A stretch of DNA of 60,955 bases, counting the filler, from Sphacelaria rigidula (Eukaryota), in assembly GCA_964200075.2 (NCBI GenBank). It is 10 parts of 10 records of this genome, joined end to end, with 100 filler letters (N's around TTAATTAATTAA, not from the genome) between each part and the next. Parts side by side here need not be neighbours in the genome. Positions count along the whole stretch, not along the records: positions 36,636 to 42,640 come from CAXNAA020022854.1; positions 42,741 to 48,745 come from CAXNAA020022855.1; positions 48,846 to 54,850 come from CAXNAA020022856.1; 7 more parts are not named here. One strand, given 5' to 3'. A program made the position numbers and the translations under genes. Positions 36,818 to 49,858 of this stretch are shown piece by piece (position 1 is the stretch's first letter; each line of letters starts with the position of its first letter). The notes under the pieces were generated by a model. That model did not search any database. It was not told where the DNA came from and saw nothing but the letters and a program-made list of their open reading frames with translations.

Positions 36818-37913
36818 ACGAAAAATTGAATGCTGCGGGTAATTCTAAGAGTTAGGCGCTGAAACGTTGACACAATAATTTTATCATCACTACGCACAAC
36901 ATTTCTGGAGGTGCATCCATATTCATTTTTTTCTTTACGGAGTTATAGCGTTTTTCTACTTTTTGCAGAAACTTCAAATCGCTCTAACTTCGTGTTTTTT
37001 CTTGTTTTTTTCAACGCACCTCGAGAATTGTTGTGCGAAGTGATGATAAAATTGTTGTGTCAACGTTTCGGCACCCAACTGTTAAAATTGCACACAGCAT
37101 CGCCAAAATACATGAAAAAATCACTGTCGGCTAGCCCAGCCTGTATACAGTTGACTGTACAGCTAACCGGAGTGCACTCGTGATTTTCGAGAGTTTCCTT
37201 CCTGATAAAAAAAACGACGTGATGTCGCTTCTTACGAAGATGCCATCTTCTCGAATGTTTGAATTTCGGTCACATTTGACAGCGTTATTTGTGTCTCCAA
37301 AACAGGGCAAGGTCGCCCTGTGACAAAAAAAACACAAATTATCTCATCACAAGACGCGGCTTGAAAACGCAATAAGAGGAGAGGACATGATTCGGTCACC
37401 CACGCTTGAATCGCACATACAAAATTGACCTTCGTCATAAAAATCGTCGGGCTTCCCACATGGCTTATGAATGAGTAGGAAGAAAACGACCGACGCCCTC
37501 AGCCAACATATATTTTCTGCGGTCGTTGAATGATGGAAGACGGACGACATTTCTTCCGCACAGACACTTGTAACGCCCGCCCGAAGCATCGACAGCATCC
37601 TCTCTCTCAACATGCGTCACACAGCAAAGAGAACGTTACGCAAAGATGCAGTCGTACTAACGTACAGGTCGTCCGGAAACACACAAACCGTGCGACATAT
37701 ATGGAACACACGAACTGCTGACTGACTCCATCTTGTCTTGTCTCGCCTGTTCTTCATTTTTACCCCTTCTCTCGAGTATCCCTGAGCGAGCACAAGCCTT
37801 TTCAGTTCATTTGCCCCGGGTATACACGTCGATCTCGTATTCGCGGCTGGACCCGTGACGCATCAGAGAAGGTACAACAAACAACCTACCAATCGATCCA
37901 CAAATCCACTCAC

Positions 37914-38886
37914 CTTCGCCCGTGGCAATCGTCCTCGCCCTGGTTCTGTTCCCTGATCCTCTACTGCCGCTACCACCCACCCCTCTGTCGCCCGCCGCCA
38001 CAGGACTCCGCCCACCCCCTCCCCAAGACTCTGTTCGCGATAACCTCCGCCTACCGCCGAGCGACGAGCCAAACCTCCTCAACCGACCAAACCCACCCGC
38101 ACCGCCCGTAGGTCGGGGAGTAGACGCTCGATGAGAGCTCCCGCCTCCGGTTCCCGCCCCCGAGACACTGCCGTTCCCAACGGCACCTCCAGCTGCTCCG
38201 CCACTAATGAAAGATATTCCTCCGGTAGCCGCCGCGGCTGCGCCGATTAACCCATCCCTGTTGTCATGACTGCTGCCGCTGCCACCGCTGTAGCCAGATG
38301 ACGTGCTGGAGCTGGAGTTGCTGCCCATCGATCGGGATCGCATCCATCGGCGAGCGGAGATCGGCACCGATGGATGCATTGATGCGCGTCTCGGAGTATC
38401 CCCGGAGGAGGTGCCGGCGGCGGTAGTGAAGGAGGTTGCTGTGCTGCTTCTGGGGGTCCCGAGTGACATGAAGCCTGGGAAAGTCCCTCTTCGGCGCGAT
38501 GCTACCGGCGCCGCATGGTGGTCCGACTGTTGTTGTCGTTCCCGAGTTGATGTGGAGCCCAGGATGGTCCCCCTTCGGCGTGATGCTGCTTGCGCTGCAT
38601 GGTTATCCGATCGTTGTTGTTGGTGAGGCTGTTGGTGTTCCTCTTGTTGTCGTTGCTGCTCCTCCTCTTGCTGCTGCTGTTGGTGTTCTTGCAGTTGTTG
38701 TTGAGCTTGTGTTGAAATCATGGCCGGCGGCGCGGCAGTCAGGCTTGCGCCCGCGGCGGTTATGATGGATGGTTCGGTACCAGCTCCACGTGCAGCAGTC
38801 GCGGCTGCAGCGGCCGTGGTGACTGATGCAGGAACAGGGACGGGTGTTGGAGGACGGGTATCGGATGCGCTGAGCTTGTTCCCCAT
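37914..38886 (-). CDS. First coding exon of an unknown protein with N-myristoylation-type start (MGNKLS) and polyQ/Ser/Gly-rich disordered region
   Basis: ATG at 38886 follows a CAG acceptor by one base. The 324-codon open frame ends at a strong G|GTGAGT donor at 37913. Confidence 0.75.
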
Positions 38887-39356
38887 CCTGTGTGGATGGA
38901 CAGGATTAATATATAAATATATATCGCTTATGCTCCCGTCCTCTTCCTGTCCGTCTGTGGTTGCGCCTATTCCTCTGCACGCGTGTGTGTGTTTGTGTGT
39001 TACTAGATGTGTTCTGGGATGCTCGCTCCTCTGGGTACAAATAACGCGCAAGGGCGAAAAAAAGCAACACAAACGGCACAAAACACTCAAGAGTTGGGCT
39101 CGGAGCGGAACTGCTGCAGATGGTGGCAGACGGGTACTTGCAGTCGAAACCCGCGCACGGACGACGACGATGACGATCGTCGCAAGAGCCCTAGGAAACA
39201 GCGCTGACACCGTGGGTATCTGCAGTCTCCTGTGCTATAATTCGAAAGCAGCCAGGACAGACGTCAAAGAAGGCAGCAGTTCAGGGTGTGTTCCCGCCAG
39301 TCAGAACGATGAGTACACCTTTGTAGCGGCGCTTGAGGACGGGGTACGGGGTTCAA

Positions 39357-39454
39357 CCCTTAGACCGCGAGGTTAGTCTTCTGTTGAATCGGCATCAATT
39401 TCAAGCGAAAAGAAATATGCATGATCCAGGAAGACTAATCTCGCGGTCTAAGGG
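39357..39454. mobile_element. 98-bp piggyBac-type MITE
   Basis: TIRs CCCTTAGACCGCGAGGTTAGTCTTC...GAAGACTAATCTCGCGGTCTAAGGG, flanked by TCAA and TTAA. Confidence 0.8.
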
Positions 39455-39868
39455 TTAAGTGCATTTTCAATAACAAACCATGAAGTCATCAAGAAAAGGG
39501 CAGTTTCCTTCCAGTTGGCCGTTTGTTGTTGAAAATGCAAGTTTGGCCAAAAACGACACGGTGACCTACGGAAAACGCGAAGATGCTCTGGAACGGTCTC
39601 AGCGAATGGAGCAAGTCATTCCAAGGTGTAAACATCCGCCTAGCCCTCTTTGCAGGGAAAAAAACGACGAAAAAGGGCCAAAAATGCACGTTTCGAGAAG
39701 CTTCATTTTTGTATACATATGAAGTACGTAAAGCGAGAAAACAGGAGAAAACAGCCAAAGCAGGGACAGTGGAGGCCTCAGTGCGAGTTCTTTAGTTCCG
39801 AAATTTCACCCCGAAATTCGACAAAAATGCGTGGCACGAGCTCGTTTTAGTGTTTCCGCGTAAAGGAA

Positions 39869-39950
39869 GTGCCCCGGTGGTCCAGCCGCCAGACTGTCCA
39901 CGTCAGGGTAGAGAAAAAAATGGGTTCGATTCCCCGCAGACCCACTTTTT
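39869..39950 (+). mobile_element. tRNA-derived SINE head; related copy at 60813-60885
   Basis: GCCCCGGTGGT....GACTGT..AGGGT.GAGA..GGGTTCGATT occurs in two contigs. Confidence 0.6.
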
Positions 39951-40444
39951 TTCTTCCAGAGATATGATTTCCACCGTCGAAAGCGTGGGGGGACGTCGGG
40001 AGAGATGAGTTGATCCCTTGAGGCCGCCGACGCGTCCCGACGAAGAGGAGGGGTTCACAGTATGATGAAAAAAAATAAAGTCGCGTGCCGATAGAGTGTC
40101 AAAAAATTAAAATCGTGTGCAGATAATACACCACGTAAGTACAGCACGTGGCTCAACATTCGGCAGGGAGAGAGTGCCAGCGATTCTGCTCGGGTGGGAC
40201 GATAAAATGTTTTCATGTTTGCGCACCATGACGCTGCCCGCTCGATGGGGCACTTCGTACACCACACGTTGCAAATCCTGGCTTGTCAGGCCTCTTTTCG
40301 GAACAATATAATTTCGGGACTTTCTGGGGCCGATCCCGGGGCAACATAAGCTCTGATATCATGTGCTTGCAGATTCCGCCGACCCCCCCCTCCCCCCTCC
40401 CCCACCCTGCGGTTTGCTTGGCAGCTTGAAGACTTCTCGCCTCC

Positions 40445-42410
40445 ATGGGCTTCCCGCGATGCCGTAGCTCTCAACTCAGACGCCACGAATGTAACCCCGC
40501 GCCCGCCTCCTTGCCAGAGGCGAACGGTATAGAGGTACAGTAGAGAGGAAGCGTCTTTGGTCTTGTGTACCATAGTCTCGACGTCCACGACTTCTGAGTA
40601 TTATAATATATGGTAGCGACAGAGATCCTCTCCTGCCGCTGCTTTTTATTTATGTCGCTGATATCTCGGCGAGCTTGAGGCCATGGCGTGGAGCATGCGC
40701 AATGTGCAAGCGTGTGATGCGCAAACAGCACTCCACGAAAAAATCACATCCATACGTGTCAGGAAACGCGCCGAACGGAGGGGAGAAGGTGTCGGAGATG
40801 CCCGTTGCTGTAGCGGTGCCTCTCCACCAGGCCGATGATCAGAGCGGCGGTCAGGTCAATCGAAAGAGTTGAAAAATCACGCCGAATTTTCAAACACCAG
40901 TTCAACCGCATTTTTTCACAGTTTCGCCCTGTCCTTCACGCAGCATGTTCTCGGCACACAGCCTTTTCTCCTCCTTCAAGGCCGCAATGTACCCTTGAGA
41001 AAATCAAGAGTTTTAGGCGCATACGCGTGGCGATCCCCTCATCAGAGGGATATCTTTACTTTGCGATAACTCGCCGCGGTTCTCGAAATATGTTCGGTGG
41101 AAGGCATATCAGTTTTGCGGCCGGCCCAGCTCGTATACCCGGCGTGACATGCTGTACTCATTATGAGGAGCTCCAAGACTGAAAACGGATGATATTACAC
41201 CTCACCGGGAGCGTGCTATTAGTGGACCGAACTGACCGGATCACACCAGGGTGACGTTTTTCGTGTGCGTCTTACTTGTGCGTATATATATATACTATAC
41301 ATATACATTGAACCTTTTCCCCACAGTCATGGTTGCGGTTGGTCTTCTTTATGTCCACGTCAGGCTTTTGCTTCCTATGCGCGCATAACGTTTAGCTTAA
41401 TTCGTTTTTCTTGGGCTTTCAATAAGCTTATTTTTTTCAAAAGCTCATGTCGCTGAATATGGGGTTGCGCGTTGCTGCAGTGCGCAACAGGGTGAAAAGA
41501 TGTCAAACTTTGTTCTGATTATCTTCTCTATTTTTGGCGCGAGAATGTTTCCGTGTAGCGTGCAATTACTCTAGTGGTCCGGGTGCCCGGGTGACAAAAG
41601 GTTCAAGGGTGGGACGAAATGATGATTTGTCTGTAAATTACTTGATTTTAGTGTGATTGATTCGTACCGAACGAATCAATCCTTGGGCTTTGTTTTCAGT
41701 GTTGCAACCCAGATACTCGCAGCCCAGACACGTGGAATGGCGCAAAAATTGCGTGGAGATTTTTTCGACCAGCGGTCAATTTTTTTTCCTTTTTCGAGCA
41801 ACCGAGGCTGTAAAATTAGGCTATAACTCCATCTGCGGCCGCAGAAAACGCAGAATTCCATTCTTTTGCGCAGAAAAACGGTCGCGAAGAACAGCAGGAA
41901 AGCCAAAATGTGTGCATATTTTCAGAAAAAACATGAGATTTTCAAGAGGATTGAGCATTATTGGGATTGCCTGGAGCAGGTTTTCAATATGACAGCGCAA
42001 ACTTGCGATTTCCCCGGGCAAAAAACCACGTTACACATTCATGTTTCACGTTTCACGTCAAAAGCTAAGCCAGGCTAGTACTACGGCGGGGGACGGGGAC
42101 CACGTGGGGAGCTCTGTTCAAAAGTCAAGTCAATTCAGGGCTCCCCTTGTGGTCCCCCGCCCTATTACTAGCCCATTATAATAGCTTAACTTTCGACGTA
42201 CAAATTTAAATCTGAACGTGTGACGTGTAGGACCCTGGACCCTGTCTCCTTTCGCGCATTTCGTTCTTCTTATCCCAAGATCCAAGACCCTCCTTCACGG
42301 AATTATATTCAACCGCTGGGAAGGAGGAGGAGATTGAAGATGAAGTAGGGAGGATAGATACAAGAGTAGTAGAGGCCGCAGGAGGCACGCCGGTGTTTTT
42401 CTTCTTCGAG
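40445..42410 (+). CDS. Candidate spliced gene of unknown product; exons 40445-40526, 40763-40849, 42280-42410
   Basis: A phase-consistent GT-AG model gives MGFPRCRSS...PEANG-NAPNGGEKVSEMPVAVAVPLHQADDQSG-DPRPSFTELYSTAGKEEEIEDEV...TPVFFFFE. I recognise no domain. Confidence 0.35.
42055..42199. mobile_element. Small fold-back MITE-like element
   Basis: ACGTCAAAAGCTAAGC..GGCTAGTA..GGGGACCAC.GGGGAGC pairs with GCTCCCC..GTGGTCCCC..TACTAGCC..GCTTAACTTTCGACGT. Confidence 0.65.
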
Positions 42411-43147
42411 GTACCGGCGGCGATCTGTCGCCATCTACTTGTTCTAGTTCTTCGCAGTTATTCATGTTGTGGGAGGAAACGGTATGTTCGGTATGCGACG
42501 GCCATGGCGAATTCCACACTATGGCGTGACTGATACTCGAAGTGTACACATTTCTCTCCATGGATCATGTGGCATTTTAGGCCGCTTCTTATAATAGACA
42601 AAAATAAAATCCTGGAAAAGTGTCTTCTTGGAGCTTTCACNNNNNNNNNNNNNNNNNNNNNNNNNNNNNNNNNNNNNNNNNNNNTTAATTAATTAANNNN
42701 NNNNNNNNNNNNNNNNNNNNNNNNNNNNNNNNNNNNNNNNCCCTCCGCACCAACACCCGACAACCCCCCCACAGAACCCTCCCCCCTAGATTCCCCCCCC
42801 CCCCCCCCCCCGAGGCGCATGACAGGAACGTTCGTATCTTGTTGGACATGGCGCCAAAATTGCGAGATGCCGGGCAGTTGTGGCAGCGCGGGCGGTGTAC
42901 TCCTTTGACAGGGTGAGACGAGCATCTCGTCCCGCAAAAGAGTCCACGTTTAACCGAAAGTTCCCGCTTGTCCCGCTCTCACGACGGTTCGGTTTGTTTT
43001 GCTCGGCAATCACACTTGATCCGAGACATGAATTTTTCTCTAGCGCCAAATAGTTGAAAACGGTGTACAAGATGAGCCCAGCCGCTCGGAATATGTGGGG
43101 GTCTGTGTTTGATTTGTTCTGTTTCTTCTTGTTTTTTTCGTTTCGTG

Positions 43148-43285
43148 CATACCCTGGACAAAAGAATACACGGTCGAAAAACGTACTGCGTACAGTATGG
43201 AGTCTATTGTCTACTGCAATAGACAATAGATTCCATACTGTACGCAGTACGTTTTTCGACCGTGTATTCTTTTGTCCAGGGTATG
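43148..43285. mobile_element. Near-perfect 138-bp palindromic MITE family E; degenerate copies at ~24525-24655, ~24800-24915, ~57800-57900, ~59435-59510
   Basis: CATACCCTGGACAAAAG...TACTGCGTACAGTATGG...CCATACTGTACGCAGTA...CTTTTGTCCAGGGTATG, with 2 mismatched pairs. Confidence 0.92.
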
Positions 43286-43797
43286 GTTTCGTGCAAGGAA
43301 GCTAGTTGGGAACAAACTTGGGATGAACTAAGAGAACGGAAGGACACGGAAAATACAAATCGAAACGTGTCGGAGCGTTTCAGACCTGGGACGTGTCGTC
43401 CACACATCTCATCCATTCTCTGCCTGTATGCGTGCGTTTGTACAATATGCACGTTTTCGGAGTTCACACGCGTGTCTTGTTCACTGCACGTGACGATGTC
43501 CGCGTTTTGATCACTGCCAGCGTTTTGCTTTTGCACTCTCAAGGATCATGCCAGTTTTCTGTCTATTGGCTCGAAGCCAGCCACACGACTTCGTAGTTAT
43601 TTGTTCCCTCCTTGCCCACGAATCCTCCAGATGGCTATTCCTCCGCTTGTGGGAAACTCGAAAGACATTACATCATTTCATGCTGACTTTCTTGAGGGAT
43701 GATGTTTTTCCAGAGCCCTCGGTGACACACTTTCCCCGCCCGTTTTTTTTGCTCTGCCTGGCTTTTCCGGTGCTTGCGTTTGTCACTCATGACACAG

Positions 43798-43906
43798 CAA
43801 AGCAACCAGCGCCACCATCGGCGTTTCTCGTCACCAAGCCCACAGATGGTATCCTCGGGCTCAGGAGCTCCCCCGTACCACCCACTATCCAAGAACAGCC
43901 TATCCC

Positions 43907-43938
<32 letters not shown>

Positions 43939-44592
43939 CCGCTGTATGACCGGCGCGCGTCCTCTCCTGGCAGCGCCACGCGTGGCGGTCCCGGAGATGA
44001 GTTTGCCAGCGGGGCAAGCTCCGTCGGCAGCGGTCGGCCGCATCCTCAGGGACAGGGACGCCCTCCGTCCACTTTGCCCTCCGGATCCTACGCGCCAGGT
44101 GCCGGCGCAGTGGGAAGTAACGCCGGCGGGGGTCACGGCGAAGAAGGAGCTTCGTCGATCTTCAGCTCGAACCGCTCCGGGCATTCCTCGTTTTCGGCGT
44201 TGTCGGGGTTTTCATACACTCCGTTCGGAAGTAATGACGTCGGGACTATTGGCGCCCCCCCGGGAAGTCAGGGCGGAGGTGCAGGCGGCCCCTTGGGGAG
44301 CAACAACAGCGGGGGTGGGAATGGTGGAAGTAAGCCGGGAGGACAGTGGAATGCCCGTGTGCCGGCTTCGGGTGTGCCTAAGAGCGACATGAGCTCGGTG
44401 GCTGTTAACGGATTACAGGGAGACGGCGGTGATCGGCATGGTGGTGGCGGTGGTGCGGGGGGCGCAACGTCTTATGCTGCGGCGCATGGTTCCCCTGGAG
44501 GCGCTCTAGGCTGGGGAGCTGTGATGGGCTCCAGCACCAACAGGGGTGGCGGGGCTGAGCCGGGGGTCGGGGGCAGCAGCGGACAAGCGTGA
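43798..44592 (+). CDS. Probable terminal exon of an unknown gene, polyQ/Gly/Ser-rich; candidate upstream exon 42826-42912
   Basis: A pyrimidine tract and CAG precede 43798 (alternative acceptor at 43803). The 264-codon frame contains Q11 and G-rich tracts and is followed by long G/T-rich UTR-like sequence. Confidence 0.65.
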
Positions 44593-47500
44593 CCGACAGG
44601 AAGGAGTTGTGTTTGACTTTGGCTATTGACTCTTGGCATTAGCCTGTGTGTGCCTTGGTGGGGTTGTTTTCGAATCATCCGGTTGGGAGAGGGACCGGCG
44701 GAGGGGCAGGGGCAGGGGGGGGGGATAGTAGGTAGTGCTGTGTAACAAAGTGTGAAGGCTCTCGAGAGTAGTTTTCTTGTGTATTGGATGCTTTCCTTTT
44801 TTATTTCCTTCTCTTCCTTTTCCCCGCAGGACGTGTTCCGTTTCCCCCATTTCTGTTGCTGTTTGTCTTTTCTCGATGGTGTTCAGTCCCACTGCTTGCC
44901 ACAGCTTCCCGAGTATACCCGTCTCATCCTACCTCCCCCTTCGACTCTGCGCTTGAGGCAGGATTACAGATTGGGGAGGGGCAGGGGCAAAGGCTGCCTC
45001 TCACGGACTTGTGAGAACGGTTGAGATGAACTTTGAGCGGATGAATTAGGAAGGGGGGTAGGTGGAGAGGGGGGATGTACTCATGACCTCGAGGGGGGGG
45101 GGGAGACAGGCGAACCTTTCGTGTTTGGCCTTACTTACTTGGTACGGGGAACACGTATTTTCNNNNNNNNNNGTTTTACGCGTTTGGTAGAGGTTTGGCT
45201 GGGAAGGCGAGGGAGGTCGGGTGGGGGGGGGGTGCTAGTGCCGCGGGGCGTGGGGGGGGGGGGGGGGATACCGAAGGAGATTTACCCCCGTCGGAGTATG
45301 AACCTCCATATTTGGAGTGTCACATTCCAAGAGGTTGAGATTTGCTGTGCTGTGCAGGGAGTCTTGGTGAAATAGTTGTTGTCTGCATGTATGTACCTTG
45401 CTCCCTGAGATTTCCTCTTGAGGATGTCTGAATCGGTGTCAGTGTCAGCAATATGCGCATGCTGGGGGGTGCATGGGGAGGGGGGGTGAGGGGAAGCACG
45501 CGGTGTGTGGTGTGTCTTGTCTGTGTTTACATGAGTGGGTTGTGGTGTGCGCGCTGGGGGGTGGTATCTGGAGTTGGTTCTTCACAGCAACGCGCCAGGC
45601 TCATCAGCGGCTATTTTTGCATGTTCTTTGTCCCCGTATACCCTGCATGTGTGCACATTGTAGGTTTCTTTTTTCTTCTTTTTACGTAGTGCACCGAGTG
45701 CTTTTTGGCGGTGGAGGATAGTGGCGGGAGCGATGGAACGGAATGGGGGGCCTTTGCGGCCCCCAGGGAGAAGGAAGAGGAAATTCGAAAACGGCAAAAT
45801 ATAGCACGCCTCCCCATGTGTTAAATATCATGTGTGATCTATCTTTTTCTTTCCGGGTCGGGCGTTAGGTCGCGTAGACGTAGGGGGGCTGGGTTGGAAG
45901 GGGGGGGGGGAGACAGGCGAACCTTTCGTGTTTGGCCTTACTTACTTGGTACGGGGAACACGTATTTTCAGTCGAAAGTCGATTGTGTCAACCCCAACCG
46001 ACTGAATGTGATGGTAGATTGGAGCTGGATGTTCCGCCAAGCGCGTGGATTTGTGCTTGCGTCGGTCGGCCGGGGGAACGGGCGAGGGAGGGGGGGGGGG
46101 GGGGGGGAGCAGTTCGTTATGGCTGGCATGTGATTTTAAATTTGCCCGTTATTGTCAAATCTGTTTGCAGTTACTATTTGTTGGCTGGTTTCTTGGACGT
46201 GGGGAAAAGCAGGCAACAGTGGGGCGGGAGGGAGGAACGCAAGGAGGGCCCGTTGGTGTTTGCAGTGTGTCTTGTGCATCCCCTTGAGGTGAAGAAAATC
46301 GTCCGGTTTTGGAGTTGTCGGATTTGAAGTACTGTCCAGGTGGTCGTTTTTTCGAGTGAGGTTCAATCAACTCTTTTCCGTGTGTACCGAAGTAGATGGG
46401 CGGGTGGGGGCTGTCATTTTTTTTTCCTTTGATTTTGATTAGATACTTGAGATTGGGCAACAGTACTGGAGTATATGAGTTCCACACACACAAAGCTGCA
46501 TTTGCCCATATTGTAAGCGGCAAATGTGACGGTGCAGACGGGAAAAGGCAGCAAACGCGGCAGGCCGCAAGCGTGTGTGGTGTGAGTTTTTTTTTTTTTC
46601 ATTCGATTCAGCACAGAACTTCAGAGATGTGTCTGTCGTTGGTGAAATAAAGAACAAAGTGATGGAGCAAGGCTTTGCATGGATGTGTGTGTGTCTCGCT
46701 TATTTCGGCCGGTTTATATGTACTAAATGCCGTGCAGCGCGTGTCCAACCAGATGTGTTGTGCAGGCATGGTCATGGCCGAAGGGTAATTTCGAGCGATA
46801 TGGGCGCTGGTAACATAGATGTGTTTGTTCCCCCCTCAATCCCCCGCCCTATCCCTTCTCTGCCTTCATTAAGTTGGCATCAGTACGCGTTGGGCTATGG
46901 TGTACCTCTTTATGTCTGCCACGAATATGTTTTCTTTCTTTCTTTTGGTTTTGTCGATGTTTGGCACCGATGAGTAACGATCATACACTGCTGGGAAGGA
47001 GGGGGGGAGGGCTGGGGGGTGGGGGGCTTTTGTTTGCTTTCCTGTCACGGATCGAGCACATGCACCAAACGCCATTTTTTTTACATGTGATTTATTTTTT
47101 CGTGGACCTTTCCCCCTTGGCGCGCGCCGCAAGAAATGCTGTGGAGCACGACCTGTGTAACAGCGGGTAATTCGCAGGGCGCCTCAGCACGAATAAAATT
47201 GCGCTAGGAAAGCGACCGAAAAGGTTTTGCGCGCGCATGTGTGTGCTGTGTGTGTGTGAGTGTGTGTGTGCAAGTGAGTGTTTGTGTATGCGTTGTGTGT
47301 AGGTATCGCAGGGTGATGATCATTGGCGGTTGGAGCCGTCTTGACAGGGTCCGTTCAGTTGTTGTTGTCGTTTACATGACTTGCTCCATCACGTTGCAAA
47401 TACATGCGTACTATCCATCCATGTCAGTCGTGTTTTTTTCTCTTCTTTTCCCTCCCTTCTCGAGGTCCGTATTTGTGCCCCGCCTGTCTGTGTGGCGCGA

Positions 47501-48084
47501 TTTGCGATGGCGAGACGTGGAAAGACACACGCACGCCCGCATGCGCGATTTGATGGGGTCCGGGCGTGGAGTGCGGCCTCGCGCAGGGGTGGAAAAAGGA
47601 TGGGCAAGGATGAATTTGGTGGGACTTTCCACGCCATTTTGCATCTTACGTGGAGGACGCATGTAAGAAATGTCGTTGTCACTTCATTTGATTTTCATTT
47701 GATTCTTGTTCGATGCGTGGTGTCGGCCTTCTTCACTGTAAGGCCAGAGAGGACCGACGCGAAGCGCTGGAAGTGACACGCACGGGGACCCCCCCCCCCC
47801 TCGAATAATGAAGACTACAAATACTGCTACACATTTCTTTTCGGCCTGTTTGTCCTTCACGATACATGCGTGGCAAGCATGTGCTCGCTTCCTGACTTTA
47901 CTCCCGCCCGTCCTTTCCGGATAGATTGTGGAGTTCGCCCTCATTTGTTGGCATACATTATGTCACGATGATAACTCGGTTGCTTTCCGAGGAAAGTGTA
48001 AGCGGCGCTGTGTCATCATATACGTGCTGTACAGGCTGGTTCGGGCTCATCACCCAAAAAACACTCACCGGCAAAACCACGCGC

Positions 48085-48745
48085 AATTTTCAGGAGTTAC
48101 AACCTGAAATTTTGCACAGATGTTCCATGGGGCAATACGCAACTTCCGAAGGTCGAGGTTTTTTCGATTTTTTTACTTTCTTCACCGTTTTTCGGGGGTC
48201 CCAGCTTTTCCGGGAAACATCGATCCAGTCGGACCCCCGTGAAACGGTGGAGAAAAAAACTTAAGAAACCCCGTTCATCCACAGTTGCGCCATGACCCAT
48301 AGCACAGTTGTGCAAAATTTCAGGGTCTAACTCCTCAAGACGGCGTGAGGTTTGTTGCTTTTGTGCGATGAACTTTGATGTGCCGCGGTAAAAACCGAAA
48401 ACTACTTGATTTTAGTACGAAAAAAGCGTTTTGGGGCCTTTTTTTATGTGAAAATGAGAATTCAAGCATCACTTGATCGAGTTTTGCGACGAAAGTTTGT
48501 GGAGCCCTTCCTTGAATGATGCGACGTCAGATCCTTAACGAAAAAGTGGGGGAAATAATCGTGGTGCCGGTTTTCCGGGGTCCCAGATAGGAGACTACTT
48601 CGAAAAACGACTTGAATCCCGTCGGACCCCCGAAAAACGTTGAAGAACGCATCAAGTAAAAAAAAAACCGTCCATGAATCGCCCAAATACCGTGAAATTG
48701 GATTTTCCCGTAGGACCCCAAAATTTCGGTTATTGACATCCAAAT
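48085..48745. mobile_element. Cluster of fold-back TE sequence
   Basis: AGGAGTTA.A.CCTGAAATTTTGCACA (~48092) is inverted at ~48310-48335. 48675-48745 resembles the MITE at 7289-8004. Confidence 0.6.
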
Positions 48746-49858
48746 NNNNNNNNNNNNNNNNNNNNNNNNNNNNNNNNNNNNNNNNNNNNTTAATTAATTA
48801 ANNNNNNNNNNNNNNNNNNNNNNNNNNNNNNNNNNNNNNNNNNNNCAGCAATGATCTATTCACGGGGCGACGGAACCCTGTGATGCACACTATTCATGAC
48901 CACTGTAGAGAAACCCTGTGGAGAGGAACCCTGTGATGCACACTATTCATGACCACTGTAGGGAAACCCTGTGGAGCGTCCTGCGCTACGCTGGAAAACA
49001 CTGTACAGTAAAATTCCCGCCAGAAACACTGCGCAAGGTACGTGAACCCTGTAGACCCCCTTCACAGGGTGCTATCTGTCCACGTGTGCTTCTCAAAGCG
49101 GAGAACTGGAGGTGGTGAAGAGTGTGATTGCATGTGGGTGATCGAGTTGGTCAAGCTCAGCGCACTCAATCCTCTGAACAAAAACAAAATCTCAACTTGT
49201 ACGTGAGGCTGAAACGCAGCCTCAACACTGACATGTTGATCTGACAGCTTCCAGCCTACAGACCTGGTCTACTGCAACCTACGTGACCCAGGTACCTTGA
49301 TACAATAGCACTTGTGCCTCCGAAAAACAATCCAGGGAATTTTAGAATCAACGCAGACCTTCGAGGTCTCCGACATTGAAAATCCTCTAGGGGATTACGA
49401 ATACCCAAGATCCTCTAGGGGGGATTTCAAAACAGACGGAACCGAGGATGACGTTTGAAAATTCCTCTACGACGTAGCCGAATGGCCGCGAGTGCCGGGA
49501 GATCAGTACCAGCCTCCCGAAGGGGAACCTTGTATATATATATATATATATGTATGGGTTCGGAACTACAACAACGCTCCAACGGGTTCCACGATGCTTC
49601 AGTGAAACAATCCGGATGAGGCGGCAGTGTCCACGGCAGTTGTCATGAAGACGCATATTAGCCTGTTGTCACGCGGCTTCAGACCCGTTGTCGAGTCTGG
49701 CTATTTGCCTTCTTGTGTTTCGGTAGACAAGACTGCAGGCCTGTTCAGAGTTGGTCGGGTACGAATGTGAACCTGTATATTATGGGGATGATACTGGCTT
49801 TGGGCGCTGAACACGACCCAAGCTTACACCGTCGATTACTATCCACTGCACCACCCCT

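Noticed and set aside
38887..39210. N-terminal extension of the 467-aa ORF as a signal peptide
   Set aside because: It reads through intron/UTR-like sequence with an acceptor just before MGNKLS, and begins at a non-ATG codon.
45093..45970. ~70-bp direct repeat (45093-45162 and 45899-45969)
   Set aside because: The first copy abuts an N10 gap beside poly-G and is probably a scaffolding artefact.
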